Shown here: in pieces, positions 19,622 to 30,646 of the stretch
How positions within the stretch are numbered: position 1 is the stretch's first letter
How the letters are laid out: each line of letters begins with the position of its first letter
NCBI GenBank assembly: GCA_016699695.1
Contig: CP065006.1
Location: 3,037,435 to 3,101,434 of the forward strand
Source of the DNA: Bacteroidota bacterium
Lineage (GTDB): Bacteria; Bacteroidota; Bacteroidia; Bacteroidales; UBA10428
DNA length: 64,000 nucleotides
Direction: 5' to 3'
Position numbers and translations under genes: made by a program
Notes under the pieces: model-generated
Database searches by the model: none
Told to the model about the DNA's origin: nothing
The model's input: only the letters and a program-made list of their open reading frames with translations

Positions 19622-20479
19622 TCAGAGCGATTCGAAAATTTCTACTGCTGCTCGCGATTTATTCAGGGTATAAAAATGAATTCCTGGTGCACCACCTGCC
19701 AGTAATTCGCGGCACTGTTGTATGGTATAGTCAACGCCAATCTGATAAGATTTGGATGGATTATCTTTGTATTCTTCCAGACTTAATGCCAACTCAACAG
19801 GAATTTTTGTGCCTGACATTTTGGTAAATCTTTCGATTTGCCTGAAAGTAGTTATTGGAATAATGCCTGGTATTATGCGCGAGTGAATTCCCAATTCCCG
19901 GGTTTTTTTTACAAAATCAAAGTAAAGCTTATTATTGAAAAAGAGCTGTGTAATTAAAAAATCGGCTCCAGCATCGACTTTGGTTTTAAGGTTCGCCAAA
20001 TCTTCTTCCATCGAAGAGGCTTCGGGATGTTTTTCCAAATAGCAGGCACCTGCTTTCACAAAATCGTAGTGCTCATCCACAAAGGCTATCAGTTCGCTGG
20101 CATGGCGAAAACCATCGGCGGGTGCATTGAAATGTGCTTCATTTTTAGGAGGGTCACCACGCAGTAGCATCAGGTTCTCGATGTGTATCGATTGCAGGTA
20201 ATTTAAATCTTCTACTACTTTCTGTCGGGAAGCATTGACACAAGTATAATGCGCCACGGTGGTAAGCCCTATTTTATTTTGAAGATAATCAACCAGGTCG
20301 AAAGTTTTATGCTGATCGGACCCGCCGGCACCGTAGGTAACGGTTACAAACGAAGGAGAAAGGCGCATAAGTTGCCCCACATTGATGCCAAAATCTACGG
20401 CAGAGATTTCATCCTTGGGTGGAAAGAATTCAAAGGAAAAGGACCGGTCCTGAGATAAGAATAAGTCTGTAATCTTCAT
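19622..20479 (-). CDS. metF: Methylenetetrahydrofolate reductase
   Basis: 285 aa with FSFEFFPPK, VTYGAGGS and LRGDPP motifs. It starts 35 nt downstream of metH. Confidence 0.9.
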   Translation of the reverse strand: MKITDLFLSQDRSFSFEFFPPKDEISAVDFGINVGQLMRLSPSFVTVTYGAGGSDQHKTFDLVDYLQNKIGLTTVAHYTCVNASRQKVVEDLNYLQSIHIENLMLLRGDPPKNEAHFNAPADGFRHASELIAFVDEHYDFVKAGACYLEKHPEASSMEEDLANLKTKVDAGADFLITQLFFNNKLYFDFVKKTRELGIHSRIIPGIIPITTFRQIERFTKMSGTKIPVELALSLEEYKDNPSKSYQIGVDYTIQQCRELLAGGAPGIHFYTLNKSRAAVEIFESL

Positions 20480-20514
20480 AATGTGTAATCGATGGGCTTG
20501 GTGTCTAGGTTAGT

Positions 20515-23500
20515 CTATAAATAATTTAGTTCGGTTGCCAGCCATTTTTCTACAGTATTGGCCGAAACTCCTTTTCTTTGCGCGTAATCCTGCACCTGGT
20601 CGGATGATATTTTGCTTACATAAAAGTATTTCGATTGAGGATTAGCAAAGATCAAGCCGCTAACCGAGGCTGCCGGCACCATCGAAAAACTCTCTGTGAG
20701 GTGTATGCCACTGCCTTCGGCATGCAGCAGATTGAAGAGGGTTTCTTTTTCGGAATGGTCGGGACATGCCGGGTAACCATGCGCTGGCCTGATACCCTGG
20801 TACTTCTCAAGTAAAAGATCATCAAGGCTTAGGTTTTCATCCTTGGAGTATCCCCACCATTCTATTCTCACCTTCAGATGAACCAACTCTGTAAAGGCTT
20901 CGGCCAGCCTGTCGGCAAGTGCTTTTACCATAATGCTGTTGTAATCGTCGTGGGTGGCTTCAAACTTTTTCACCATTTGATCGACACCTATGCCCGCAGT
21001 AAGGGCAAAAGCACCGATGTAATCGATTACGCCCGATTCTTTTGGGGCAATAAAGTCAGAAAGGCAAAGGTTTGGCTGCCCGGCTTCCTTTTTTACCTGG
21101 TTGCGCAGGTTGCGGAAAACTGCAAGAGTTTTACTGCGCGATTCGTCGGCGTACACTTCAATGTCGTCGCCCACTGAGTTGGCCGGGAAGAATCCAACCA
21201 CTCCATTGGCCCGAATAAGATTGCCGGCAATTATTTCATCGAGCAATTTGTTGACATCGTCGAAGAGTTTGCGGGCCTCGCTACCATAGCGCGCATCGTG
21301 AAGTATCTCGGGGTATTTGCCTCTTAATTGCCACACGACAAAGAAGAATACCCAATTGATGTATTCCTTAATTTCGGTAAGAGGGTAATCGACATAATTT
21401 TTTGTGCCCAAAAATGCTGGTTTTACAGGTCTATTTGCCTGCCAATTGATGCGGAGCCGGTTTTTCCTTGCTTCCTCAATACTTACAAATTCCATTTTTG
21501 AACTGGCACTTGCATAGGTTTTTTGTAACTCGATATACTCTTCGCGTATTTGATTTACAAAGCTGTCTTTATTCTCTTTCGATAATAACTGATTAACCAC
21601 TCCAACGCTTTTCGAGGCATCTTTGACGTGAACAACGGGGGCCCCTGTGTGTGGGCTTATTTTTATGGCTGTATGTATTTTCGAAGTTGTTGCCCCTCCA
21701 ATGAGCAGCGGCTTGTCGATGCCTTGTTTTTCCATCTCGCGGGCAAAATCGCTCATAATTTCAAGCGATGGAGTAATCAGTCCGCTTAAGCCAATAATGT
21801 CGACATTCTTCTCACGCGCAACCTGAATTATTTTTTCTGTAGGCACCATCACACCAAGGTCGATAATTTCGTAGTTGTTACAAGCCAGCACAACGCCTAC
21901 AATGTTTTTACCTATGTCGTGCACATCTCCTTTCACAGTGGCCAGTAGAATTTTGCCAATAGTTCCATTGCCCTCGCCATCGCTTATTTTTTCTTCTTCA
22001 ATGTATGGCAGAAGGGTTGCTACGGCGCGTTTCATTACCCGGGCACTTTTTACAACCTGTGGCAGAAACATTTTACCAGAACCAAACAAGTCACCTACCA
22101 CACCCATGCCATCCATCAGAGGGCCTTCGATAATATGTAAGGCTCGTTGGTATTTAGGACGGGCTTCCAGTACATCGGCTTCGATGTAATCTGCTATCCC
22201 TTTTACAAGGGCATAACTTAACCTTTCCTCCACTGGTTTTTCGCGCCAGGCATCAGTTTTGGCTTCCTTTTTATCGGTTTGTTTTACGGTTTCGGCAAAT
22301 TCAACCAACCTCTCGGTGGCATCGCTCCGGCGATTAAGAATTACATCTTCAACCAATTCCAATAATTCTTTTGGAATATTGTCATACACTTCAAGCAGGG
22401 CCGGATTTACAATACCCATATCCATTCCGGCACGCGTACAATGGTATAAAAATGCCGAGTGCATGGCCTCGCGTACCGTGTTGTTTCCTCTGAACGAAAA
22501 GGATAAGTTACTTACCCCACCGCTCACTTTGGCGTAGGGAAGGTTTTCTTTAATCCATCGGGTTGCATTGATAAAATCTACTGCATAGTTGTTATGTTCT
22601 TCAATTCCTGTGGCTATGGCCAGAATGTTGGGGTCGAAAATAATGTTCTCCGGTTGAAAACCTATTTTCGAAGTCAGGAGTTTGTAAGCGCGCTGGCAAA
22701 TTTCTATTTTACGTTCAAAACTATCGGCCTGTCCTTGTTCATCGAAGGCCATTACTACCACAGCTGCGCCGTAAAGTTTAATTTTTTCAGCCTGCTGGAG
22801 AAAGCTTTCTTCGCCTTCTTTTAACGAAATGGAGTTGACGATGCATTTTCCCTGAACGCATTTCAAGCCTGCTTCGATTACCGACCATTTCGAGGAATCT
22901 ATCATTACAGGAACACGGGCAATTTCGGGTTCGGTCATTACCAGGTGAAGGAATTTTACCATGGCATATTCGGCATCGATCATGGCATCGTCCATGCAAA
23001 TGTCGATAATTTGGGCTCCTCCCTCAACCTGCTCACGGGCTACTGTAAGTGCCTGGTCGTATTTTTCTTCTTTAATGAGCCGCGCAAAGGCTTTAGAGCC
23101 GGCTACATTGGTGCGTTCGCCTATGTTAATGAAGTTGCTCTCGGGACTTATGGTAAGGGGTTCAAGACCGCTGAGTCGGGTTTTTGGTTCAATAAGCGGA
23201 ATTTTTCGGTTGTTGTGTTTTTCGATAATTTTTGCGAAAGCCCGGATATGATCCGGTGTAGTCCCGCAGCATCCTCCAATGATGTTGGCATTACCTCCGG
23301 TAAGCAGTTTTTCCAATTCAAGAGCCATGTGGTCGGGAGTTTCGTCATAGCCACCAAACTGGTTGGGGAGACCTGCATTCGGGTGTGCACTGATATTAAA
23401 AGGGGCTTTCCTGCTCAATTCCTCGATATAGGGCCTCATATCTGCCGCCCCCAATGCGCAATTTAATCCCACACTTAATAGCTTGATGTGTGAGATGGAA

Positions 23501-24195
23501 TTTAAAAAAGCCTCCACGGTTTGTCCGGAAAGGGTACGTCCACTGGCATCGGTAATGGTTCCGGAAACCATAATGGGGAGTTCAGTATTTTTCTCCTTGT
23601 AAACCTCGCTGATAGCAAAAAGAGCTGCTTTGGCGTTCAGTGTGTCAAATACCGTTTCTACCATCAGAATGTCCGAGCCTCCATCAATGAGACCATGCAC
23701 TTCTTCGGCATAGGCGGCTACCATCTCGTCGAAACTAACCGCCCTGTAACCCGGATCATTTACATCAGGCGACATAGAAGCAGTCTTGTTGGTAGGCCCG
23801 ATGGAACCAACCACAAATCTAGGTTTTTTAGGATTTTTTATGGTAAAGCGGTCGGCTGCTTCGCGGGCTATTTTTGCCGATTGGTAGTTTAGTTCGTAAC
23901 AGATTTCTTCGAGGGCATAGTCGGCTTGAGAAATTCTGTTCGCGTTAAAGGTATTGGTTTCAATAAGGTCCGATCCTGCTTCGAGGTAGCGCTCGTGTAT
24001 CTCAATAATTATCTCTGGCTTGGTAATGGATAGCAAGTCGTTGTTTCCTTTTAAATCGATGGCAGTATTCTTAAATCTCTCGCCACGGTAATCTTCTTCG
24101 GATAAATTGTATTGCTGAATAAGGCTTCCCATGGCTCCATCGAGCAACAAAACCCTTTCCTTTAATGCTATATTTAGTAGTTCCTGTCTGTTCAT
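20515..24195 (-). CDS. metH: Cobalamin-dependent methionine synthase
   Basis: 1226 aa covering Hcy-binding (GGCCGTTP), pterin-binding, B12-binding ([13 protein letters not shown]) and AdoMet-activation regions. Confidence 0.95.
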   Translation of the reverse strand: MNRQELLNIALKERVLLLDGAMGSLIQQYNLSEEDYRGERFKNTAIDLKGNNDLLSITKPEIIIEIHERYLEAGSDLIETNTFNANRISQADYALEEICYELNYQSAKIAREAADRFTIKNPKKPRFVVGSIGPTNKTASMSPDVNDPGYRAVSFDEMVAAYAEEVHGLIDGGSDILMVETVFDTLNAKAALFAISEVYKEKNTELPIMVSGTITDASGRTLSGQTVEAFLNSISHIKLLSVGLNCALGAADMRPYIEELSRKAPFNISAHPNAGLPNQFGGYDETPDHMALELEKLLTGGNANIIGGCCGTTPDHIRAFAKIIEKHNNRKIPLIEPKTRLSGLEPLTISPESNFINIGERTNVAGSKAFARLIKEEKYDQALTVAREQVEGGAQIIDICMDDAMIDAEYAMVKFLHLVMTEPEIARVPVMIDSSKWSVIEAGLKCVQGKCIVNSISLKEGEESFLQQAEKIKLYGAAVVVMAFDEQGQADSFERKIEICQRAYKLLTSKIGFQPENIIFDPNILAIATGIEEHNNYAVDFINATRWIKENLPYAKVSGGVSNLSFSFRGNNTVREAMHSAFLYHCTRAGMDMGIVNPALLEVYDNIPKELLELVEDVILNRRSDATERLVEFAETVKQTDKKEAKTDAWREKPVEERLSYALVKGIADYIEADVLEARPKYQRALHIIEGPLMDGMGVVGDLFGSGKMFLPQVVKSARVMKRAVATLLPYIEEEKISDGEGNGTIGKILLATVKGDVHDIGKNIVGVVLACNNYEIIDLGVMVPTEKIIQVAREKNVDIIGLSGLITPSLEIMSDFAREMEKQGIDKPLLIGGATTSKIHTAIKISPHTGAPVVHVKDASKSVGVVNQLLSKENKDSFVNQIREEYIELQKTYASASSKMEFVSIEEARKNRLRINWQANRPVKPAFLGTKNYVDYPLTEIKEYINWVFFFVVWQLRGKYPEILHDARYGSEARKLFDDVNKLLDEIIAGNLIRANGVVGFFPANSVGDDIEVYADESRSKTLAVFRNLRNQVKKEAGQPNLCLSDFIAPKESGVIDYIGAFALTAGIGVDQMVKKFEATHDDYNSIMVKALADRLAEAFTELVHLKVRIEWWGYSKDENLSLDDLLLEKYQGIRPAHGYPACPDHSEKETLFNLLHAEGSGIHLTESFSMVPAASVSGLIFANPQSKYFYVSKISSDQVQDYAQRKGVSANTVEKWLATELNYL

Positions 24196-24218
24196 TCAGT
24201 TTTCGCGTGTTTAGATTG

Positions 24219-24226
24219 CAAAAATA
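24219..24226 (-). promoter_or_regulatory. Candidate Bacteroidota -7 box (TATTTTTG) for metH-metF
   Basis: The minus strand reads TATTTTTG, matching TAnnTTTG, 23 nt upstream of the metH ATG. Confidence 0.35.
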
Positions 24227-24603
24227 TGAGATTTATCAACATTCACTGCCATAAATGTTCATATTCGATTTAAATCTGGTAGTTACCTGAAAAATTAAAT
24301 AAATAGGCTTTATCACTAGTAAGATAGATACTGCTTGTATTAATATTAACATCAAACATTTATTCTTTCTATACTCTCATGAACTTTTTACTTGCCAGGT
24401 TGGAACCGCGCGGAGTTCATCCCCATTAGGGGAAAGAGGGGTGAGCGTGGGCAGGATTAAAACAAGCCTGTAACTGGTATAATAAAGGCTATCATTAATA
24501 TTTTTAAGTCTTTGCAAAAAATGCTTCAACCCGTAGCATAATTCTGGTTTTTCGCTTCAATTATAGCATGTTGTAAAGCGAACCATTTGGCTCATTGCAT
24601 TTA

Positions 24604-26508
24604 TTAGGATAGAATTTTCCTGAGGCTTTCGATGTTTTTGCTGTTGTGAATTTTTTTTGCCTCGGGGGTATATAAAAACTCAATTCGTTCGGCATACCGT
24701 TCAGTAATTTTAGGCCTCACCATTTTTAAGGTACTGTTCAGCAATTGATTTTCTTCGGTAAATGCCTGGTCGAGAATGCCGATGGCAGCTGGTAACCAGC
24801 GTTGCGGGAACATATCTTCGAAGTGACCTCCGGTGCGGAAGGCATTAATTTCTTTCTCAATGGTTTTTAAAAGATGTTCTTGCCCATGGGAGTCACTTAC
24901 ATCGATATGATGTTGCCGGGCATACCGTTTTAAGGCCTCTGTATTTACTACCATCAAGCACACGGTATAAGGCTTCTGGTTGTTATACAACATACATTGT
25001 TCGATCAGGGGCGAGTGGTCGGTAAGTGCTTCTTCAATGCCTTCGGGACTGAACTTTTCACCATCATCCGCAATCAGAAGGCTTTTTGAGCGACCCAATA
25101 CGTAAAGAAAACCATCGGAATCGAAATAGCCGAGGTCACCTGTATAGAGCCATTCGCCTTTTAATGCTTCCGCCGTTGCTGCCGGATTGTTCCAATAACC
25201 TTTCATTACATTTTCGCCCCGAACCACTATTTCTCCTTTTTGCCCCACAGGCATTTGGTTGCCGTCTTCGTCATAAATTTTTACATCCATAAAGTCCGCA
25301 ATGGCCCCTGAGGAGCCCATTTTGTGTTTCGAATGACTATTGGACGAAATTACCGGTGCAGCTTCGCTTAAGCCATAACCCTGGAACATGGGAATACCAA
25401 TGGCATAAAAGAACCGCTGTAATTCAATGTCGAGAAGGGCACCGCCGCCAACAAAAAACTCAAGCTTACCACCAAATCCTTCCCGTATTTTCTTAAAAAG
25501 AATTTTATCGTAAAGTTTCACAAAGGGGAACAGCAGTTTTCTCAGAGCTTTTCCTTTGTTCCAACCATTTCCGTTATAGGCATAAGCAAAAAATAGCGAG
25601 TTTTTAAATAGAGCATTCACTAACGGGCCTTTTGACCGTATACCATTCTCAATATTTTTCCGGAAATTTTTAGCCAAGGCAGGAACACTTAACAGAAAAA
25701 CAGGCTTGGTTTCTTTAATGTTAATGGGTATATTTTTAAGAGTATCCATGGGTGTTTTACCCAAATCAATGCAGGCCAGGCTGGCACCGTTTTTCATGAG
25801 GGTGTAGATTCCACAGGTGTGGGCAAAGGCATGGTCCCATGGCAGAATGAGCAGGGTAGAATACCATTCCGGTACGGGCATCAGGGTGTTTGATTGTTCT
25901 ACATTGGCTGTATAGTTTCGATGAGAAAGAATAATTCCTTTCGGATCGGCCGTTGTGCCAGAAGTATAACAGATATTGGCATAATCATCTTCCTTAACGG
26001 AATGAATGCGTGCTTTAAAATCCGGTTCTTTGTTTTCGAGAAACACCTTACCGTTCGAAAGAATGGTATCGATGCCAATTATTCCATTATCGATGCTGAG
26101 TGGTGCATCGAGAAGTATTATTTTCTCAACAGTGGTGATTTTATCTCTTACCGCAAGCACTTTATCAAGTTGTCGGTTGGTGGTGATGATGTACCTTGAA
26201 CCACTGTGATTCAACCTGAACATTACCTCTTCGGGGCTAAGTTTTACGGAGAGAGGTACATTCACAGCGCAGTTATAAACAACCCCTAATTCGGCAGTAA
26301 TCCAATCCAGTCGCCCTTCTGCAAGTAACGACACACGGTCGCCGGGGTTTAAACCCATTTGCTGCAGTCCGGCTGCAAACCAATGTACCCTTTCTTTTAC
26401 CTGCTTATATGTGTAAGCCTTGTAAACATTCTCTTCTTTCTGATATACATAAGGATTATCTGCGAATTTGGCAGCACTTTCTTCAAATAAACTCACCAGG
26501 GTTCTCAT
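24604..26508 (-). CDS. Long-chain fatty acid--CoA ligase (AMP-dependent synthetase)
   Basis: 634 aa with YTSGTTADPKG, GYGLSEA and WLYTGDLG motifs. The size and C-terminal extension are typical of the long FadD-like class. Confidence 0.85.
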   Translation of the reverse strand: MRTLVSLFEESAAKFADNPYVYQKEENVYKAYTYKQVKERVHWFAAGLQQMGLNPGDRVSLLAEGRLDWITAELGVVYNCAVNVPLSVKLSPEEVMFRLNHSGSRYIITTNRQLDKVLAVRDKITTVEKIILLDAPLSIDNGIIGIDTILSNGKVFLENKEPDFKARIHSVKEDDYANICYTSGTTADPKGIILSHRNYTANVEQSNTLMPVPEWYSTLLILPWDHAFAHTCGIYTLMKNGASLACIDLGKTPMDTLKNIPINIKETKPVFLLSVPALAKNFRKNIENGIRSKGPLVNALFKNSLFFAYAYNGNGWNKGKALRKLLFPFVKLYDKILFKKIREGFGGKLEFFVGGGALLDIELQRFFYAIGIPMFQGYGLSEAAPVISSNSHSKHKMGSSGAIADFMDVKIYDEDGNQMPVGQKGEIVVRGENVMKGYWNNPAATAEALKGEWLYTGDLGYFDSDGFLYVLGRSKSLLIADDGEKFSPEGIEEALTDHSPLIEQCMLYNNQKPYTVCLMVVNTEALKRYARQHHIDVSDSHGQEHLLKTIEKEINAFRTGGHFEDMFPQRWLPAAIGILDQAFTEENQLLNSTLKMVRPKITERYAERIEFLYTPEAKKIHNSKNIESLRKILS

Positions 26509-26668
26509 GCAAATTGAATTTGATAATAACCAAATATAATAAGCTTTTACAAGATAAGTTCTGTTGGCTTCTTTTTAAAAAGTAGTTTGTGCAGGATGTT
26601 GCACATACTTGATGCGAAATAAAAAGGCTGAAATGTATTCAGAAAAATTCTTTAAACAAGAGTTCCCC

Positions 26669-27100
26669 TTAGACAATTTGATTGATTTTGGAAGATTGTG
26701 AACTCTTCTTTTCGGCATATTCATGGAAACATTGATCCATGCATTCGAAGAGTGCATCTATATTAAGCGGTTTGACAAAAAAAGCATTGGCACCTAACTC
26801 CAGACTCATTTCCTGTTCATTGTTCCACGAATTGGCGGTTTGCATAATTACTGGAATATCGCTGCAATAAGCACGTGCATGTTTGAGGACATCAAGGCCG
26901 TTTAATTCGGGAAGTTGCAAATCGAGAAGTACGATGTCAATGCCCGAATGGTTCACCATTTTTTCATAAGCCTCAATACCATCTTTCGCCCATACGATCT
27001 TTATGCCGGTTCTTTTTTCCAGTAATAATTGCAGATACCTGAAGTTTATCGGATCATCTTCGGCAACGAGGACAGTTTTATTGTGCCAATTAAATTGCAT
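26669..27100 (-). CDS. Stand-alone response regulator receiver protein
   Basis: 143 aa with VLVAEDDP, LLDLQLPELNG and a FFVKP-type receiver signature. There is no output domain. Confidence 0.85.
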   Translation of the reverse strand: MQFNWHNKTVLVAEDDPINFRYLQLLLEKRTGIKIVWAKDGIEAYEKMVNHSGIDIVLLDLQLPELNGLDVLKHARAYCSDIPVIMQTANSWNNEQEMSLELGANAFFVKPLNIDALFECMDQCFHEYAEKKSSQSSKINQIV

Positions 27101-27430
27101 ACGATTGGGTTTGGTATAGGTTGCTTTTACTCTTTACGGCAAAACTAATAAAAGGATGTTTTTTATTGATGAACCCATAAACTTGGTAAGGCAAAACACT
27201 TATTCATGATGACAAATATCATTCAAATATAATGTTACTATTCAATAATCCCATTTTCAATTGAAAGTTGTACTAAAAAACTATTCAGTAATCTTTTTTG
27301 TCTTGCGTCAATCTGTCTTGATAGGTATGAATTGATGGTTTTATGTAAAATTCATCACCATTCGTTGATTATTATTGATATTGGACATAGCGAATCGTAA
27401 CTTTATTCAACAAATAATATTTCGAAGAAT

Positions 27431-27955
27431 ATGAAAAAAAGCCGTAATTACTTGTTTTCAATGCTTATCCTCTCTCTGACAGCGATAAGTTGCGATGAAC
27501 TGATTGACCAATTGAACCTCGATTTTACTGTTGGTCCACATAGGGTTGAATTTACTATCGAACCTGCCAACCAGGGCGATATTTTTAACGAGTTCGATGT
27601 TTACATTCACGAGCTAACCGAAGAGGTTGAGGCAAAGGGTGGAAAGATGGATCAGCTCGACAAGGTGAGTTTAAAAAGTGCTACCATTAGTATTGTATCT
27701 GGCGCACCTAATTTTAATGCATTCGAATCCTTCGATGTATTCATCAAAACGCCATTAAAGGCTGAGAAGAAAATTGCATCGATGGAAAGTGTTCCAATGG
27801 ATGTAACCAGCATCGTACCTGTTGTTATTTCTGACAACCTGAAGGATTTTATGCTGGAAGATGAATACACCATTGTGCTCAAAGGTGTTCTGCGCGAGAC
27901 CATTACTCAGAATGTAAACCTCGAAGCGGAGATTTATTTTGATATAAACCTTTAG
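27431..27955 (+). CDS. Hypothetical lipoprotein
   Basis: 174 aa with lipobox LTAISC. No family recognised. Confidence 0.55.
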   Translation: MKKSRNYLFSMLILSLTAISCDELIDQLNLDFTVGPHRVEFTIEPANQGDIFNEFDVYIHELTEEVEAKGGKMDQLDKVSLKSATISIVSGAPNFNAFESFDVFIKTPLKAEKKIASMESVPMDVTSIVPVVISDNLKDFMLEDEYTIVLKGVLRETITQNVNLEAEIYFDINL

Positions 27956-28039
27956 CAAGGAGGCACATTTATGGGTTTGCCCATCAAGACAGACTCAAAA
28001 AGGCAAAATTGTTGTAATGCAAAATTCTTAACTTTTATT

Positions 28040-28066
28040 CACTACTGAGAACTATTCTCAGTAGTG
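28040..28066. promoter_or_regulatory. Perfect 11-bp inverted repeat (hairpin/operator candidate)
   Basis: CACTACTGAGA-actat-TCTCAGTAGTG lies immediately upstream of the redoxin gene start. Confidence 0.5.
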
Positions 28067-28099
28067 CTTGTTATGCCATGGTATCAAATTAAAAATGCC

Positions 28100-28681
28100 A
28101 TGGCATTTACTATATCTATTGGCAGCAATGCCCCCGATTTCTTATTGACTGCCACCGACGGCAGAGAATACAGCCTCGATAGTTTTGTGCAAAACATGTT
28201 CCTTGTAATTTTCTTTACCTGCAACCATTGTCCTTATGTTCTAGGTTCCGACGAAATAACGCGTTTAACAGCATTGAAATTTGCCTCTTCGGGTGTAAGG
28301 TTTGTAGCCATTAATAGCAACAGTGCTAATACCTATACCGAGGATGACTTCAAACACATGGTGGATCGTATGAACGAGTTTAAATTTCCGTGGGTTTATC
28401 TGCATGATTCGACACAAGAAATAGCTATGGCTTACGGCGCTCTTCGAACACCTCATTTTTTTGTTTTTGATCAGGCGCGCAGGTTGGTCTATACAGGGCG
28501 TGCGGTGGATAGTCCACGCGATGCTGCGCAAATAAAAATCAATAACCTCGAACAGGTTTTAGAAGAGTTAGTTCAGGGAAAGAAATTGAGTGTAACAGCC
28601 ACTAATCCAATTGGATGCAATGTAAAGTGGGAAGGAAAAGACAAGCACTGGATGCCAGCCGATGCCTGCGATTTAGTTTAA
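28100..28681 (+). CDS. Thioredoxin-fold / AhpC-TSA-like redoxin
   Basis: The start is taken at ATG 28100 ([14 protein letters not shown]). The CNHCPYV redox motif is present. The GTG 28064 start would lie inside the hairpin, and ATG 28073 is also possible. Confidence 0.75.
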   Translation: MAFTISIGSNAPDFLLTATDGREYSLDSFVQNMFLVIFFTCNHCPYVLGSDEITRLTALKFASSGVRFVAINSNSANTYTEDDFKHMVDRMNEFKFPWVYLHDSTQEIAMAYGALRTPHFFVFDQARRLVYTGRAVDSPRDAAQIKINNLEQVLEELVQGKKLSVTATNPIGCNVKWEGKDKHWMPADACDLV

Positions 28682-28763
28682 TTGCATTATTCAATGATCA
28701 GTAAATCAGGTGCGAAGGTTAATAAATATTTTTTATTTAAAATTATTGCTTTCTAAAAATGTT

Positions 28764-28771
28764 TAGATTTG
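28764..28771 (+). promoter_or_regulatory. Candidate -7 box (TAGATTTG)
   Basis: Matches TAnnTTTG, 25 nt upstream of the SPOR gene ATG. Confidence 0.35.
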
Positions 28772-28796
28772 TCTTGATAACCAATACAAAGCTGCA

Positions 28797-29246
28797 ATGA
28801 AACTCACACGATTTATCTTATTTATGTCGGTTGCCATGCTGGTAACTTCCTGTAATTTCTTTAAAAAGCAGAAACTATTCAGCAAAGATGTAGATACTCT
28901 TTTAACTCAATCCCCAGCTATGGTTGAGGCAGTCGAGGATACAGTTGAGATTGAACAGATAGTTGCAGAAACTGAACCGGTTGACCTGAATAATGAAACC
29001 AGAATTGGCTATTCTACCGATCGCTATTACATGATTGTAGGTAGCTTTTTAAGTGAGAAACTGGCCATGAAATATGCCAACACCATACTGGATATGGGTT
29101 ATAAACCCCAGGTTATCTATTCTTCCAGCGCTGGATATTATCGTGTTTCGGCCAAGTCATATACCGATTTTAAAACAGCCGTGAACGATATTCCTGTCTT
29201 TCGCGAAGCAGTGACCAGCAGAGCCTGGGTACATGTAAAGAAGTAA
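28797..29246 (+). CDS. SPOR domain-containing lipoprotein
   Basis: 149 aa with signal/lipobox LVTSC. The C-terminal YYMIVGSF...GYYRVSAKSYTDFKTA pattern is typical of SPOR repeats. Confidence 0.75.
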   Translation: MKLTRFILFMSVAMLVTSCNFFKKQKLFSKDVDTLLTQSPAMVEAVEDTVEIEQIVAETEPVDLNNETRIGYSTDRYYMIVGSFLSEKLAMKYANTILDMGYKPQVIYSSSAGYYRVSAKSYTDFKTAVNDIPVFREAVTSRAWVHVKK

Positions 29247-29266
29247 TTATCAGAAAATTATAAATA

Positions 29267-29307
29267 GAAAGGCTGGCAGAATATCAATCTGTCAGCCTTT
29301 CTTATTT
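29267..29307. terminator. Hairpin terminator between convergent genes
   Basis: GAAAGGCTGGCAG-loop-CTGTCAGCCTTTC forms a 13-bp stem with one G-T pair, followed by TTATTTT. Confidence 0.65.
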
Positions 29308-30516
29308 TCAGAGAGTACCTGTCATGATAAACAATGGCTGGAATTCGAAACTCTTGTAGTAAGGCCGGTAGCGGTCTATGTTATAAAAACGCTTGACATC
29401 GATTTTCTTACTGGTACTGGTTACCACATCAATTGGAGCATTGTCGTATCTACCATTTCTCAGCACTACAAGTCTACCGTGGATACCTTTCATTATGATA
29501 TCTAGCGCAAGGTTTCCATAAGCCATTGGAACGATGGAATCGATGGCATCGGGTTCACCACCTCTTACCAGGTAACCAAGCTGCTGACTTATTACATTGA
29601 TTTGGCGCCCTCCGTTGTAGGTGGGCGATAATTCTTTAATTCTTGAAGCAACATAGTCGCCAATGCCACCTAGTTTGGCATGACCATAGGCATCTTTCTC
29701 TTGCGAGCGATAAGTCATTTGTTCATCGCCAGCCAGCATGGCTCCCTCCGATATGATGGCAATGGAATATTTACTGGGGTTTTTATTACGATCCTCTACC
29801 AATAGCTGTGTGAGTTTTTCAATATCAAATTTATGCTCGGGTATTATACACCGATTCGCAGCACCAGCTATGGTTGGCAGCATGGCAGTAAAACCGGAGT
29901 AGCGACCAAAAACTTCCATTACCAATATTCGCTCATGCGAACCTGCAGAGGTACGAAGCGTATTGCAAATTTGTATAGTACGCGAAACACATGTGCTAAA
30001 TCCAATGCAATATTCTGTGCCAGCCACATCATTGTCCATGGTTTTTGGTATGCCTACCACTTTCACCCCTTCAGCATACAAGCGGACTGCATAACTCAAG
30101 GTGTCATCTCCTCCTATGGGTATGAGATAATCGATGCCCAGAAACTCAATGTTTTTAATTACTTCAGGGGTTAGATCGTTTATTTCATTGGTATATTTGT
30201 CTTTGAGGTGATCAGGTACATGATTTTTTGTTACATGGCTGGGCCGGGTGCGGGAAGTGTGAAGAAATGTGCCACCTGTGCGTCCTGCTTTGTTAACGAT
30301 ATCTTCATTGAGTATCATATAATGGTCGGAATTGTCAGCTTCTTTATCAGGAATTAAATCGGTTATTCCTGCCCAACCACGACGCAAGCCAATTACTTTA
30401 TAACCCTCGTGCAGGGCCCTAACTGTGATAGCGCGAATGGCAGGGTTCAGGCCTGGCACATCTCCTCCACCGGTTAAGATTGCAATGGTGCCTCTAATAT
30501 TCTTTGGTTCGTCCAT
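29308..30516 (-). CDS. 6-phosphofructokinase, short (~400 aa) type
   Basis: 402 aa with GGGDVPGLNPAIR, GGDDT (aa 135-139) and IPKTMDNDV (aa 156-164) PFK-family motifs. Confidence 0.85.
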   Translation of the reverse strand: MDEPKNIRGTIAILTGGGDVPGLNPAIRAITVRALHEGYKVIGLRRGWAGITDLIPDKEADNSDHYMILNEDIVNKAGRTGGTFLHTSRTRPSHVTKNHVPDHLKDKYTNEINDLTPEVIKNIEFLGIDYLIPIGGDDTLSYAVRLYAEGVKVVGIPKTMDNDVAGTEYCIGFSTCVSRTIQICNTLRTSAGSHERILVMEVFGRYSGFTAMLPTIAGAANRCIIPEHKFDIEKLTQLLVEDRNKNPSKYSIAIISEGAMLAGDEQMTYRSQEKDAYGHAKLGGIGDYVASRIKELSPTYNGGRQINVISQQLGYLVRGGEPDAIDSIVPMAYGNLALDIIMKGIHGRLVVLRNGRYDNAPIDVVTSTSKKIDVKRFYNIDRYRPYYKSFEFQPLFIMTGTL

Positions 30517-30646
30517 TTTATGTGTTTATGTGATTTTTCAGAGAGGTATAAATTACTAAAACTTTTCCGAATTGCAAATGGCAGGGAATAGCAAAAAGGC
30601 CTTCCCGATGTGGAAAGGCCCTTGAGTAAATAAATGAATTACTTGT

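Noticed and set aside
22945-23466. Long antisense ORFs inside well-supported genes. Examples are 22945-23466 and 23521-23892 in metH, 50251-50733 and 50685-51305 in mtaB/miaB, 16641-17090 in GH31, 53046-53558 in ydcF, 55628-56077 in mutS2, 31272-31718 in pfp and 45463-45888.
   Set aside because: Each lies opposite a gene with clear family motifs and has low-complexity or odd composition with no recognisable motifs. These are typical shadow ORFs.
24196-24603. A SAM, SAH or cobalamin riboswitch upstream of metH.
   Set aside because: I could not find the conserved cores by eye on either strand (for example the B12 box GCCACTG or the SAM-I GGTGGAGGGA...GCAACC pattern). A good TAnnTTTG box only 23 nt from the ATG suggests a short leader. 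The GC-rich patch is kept as an unexplained finding.
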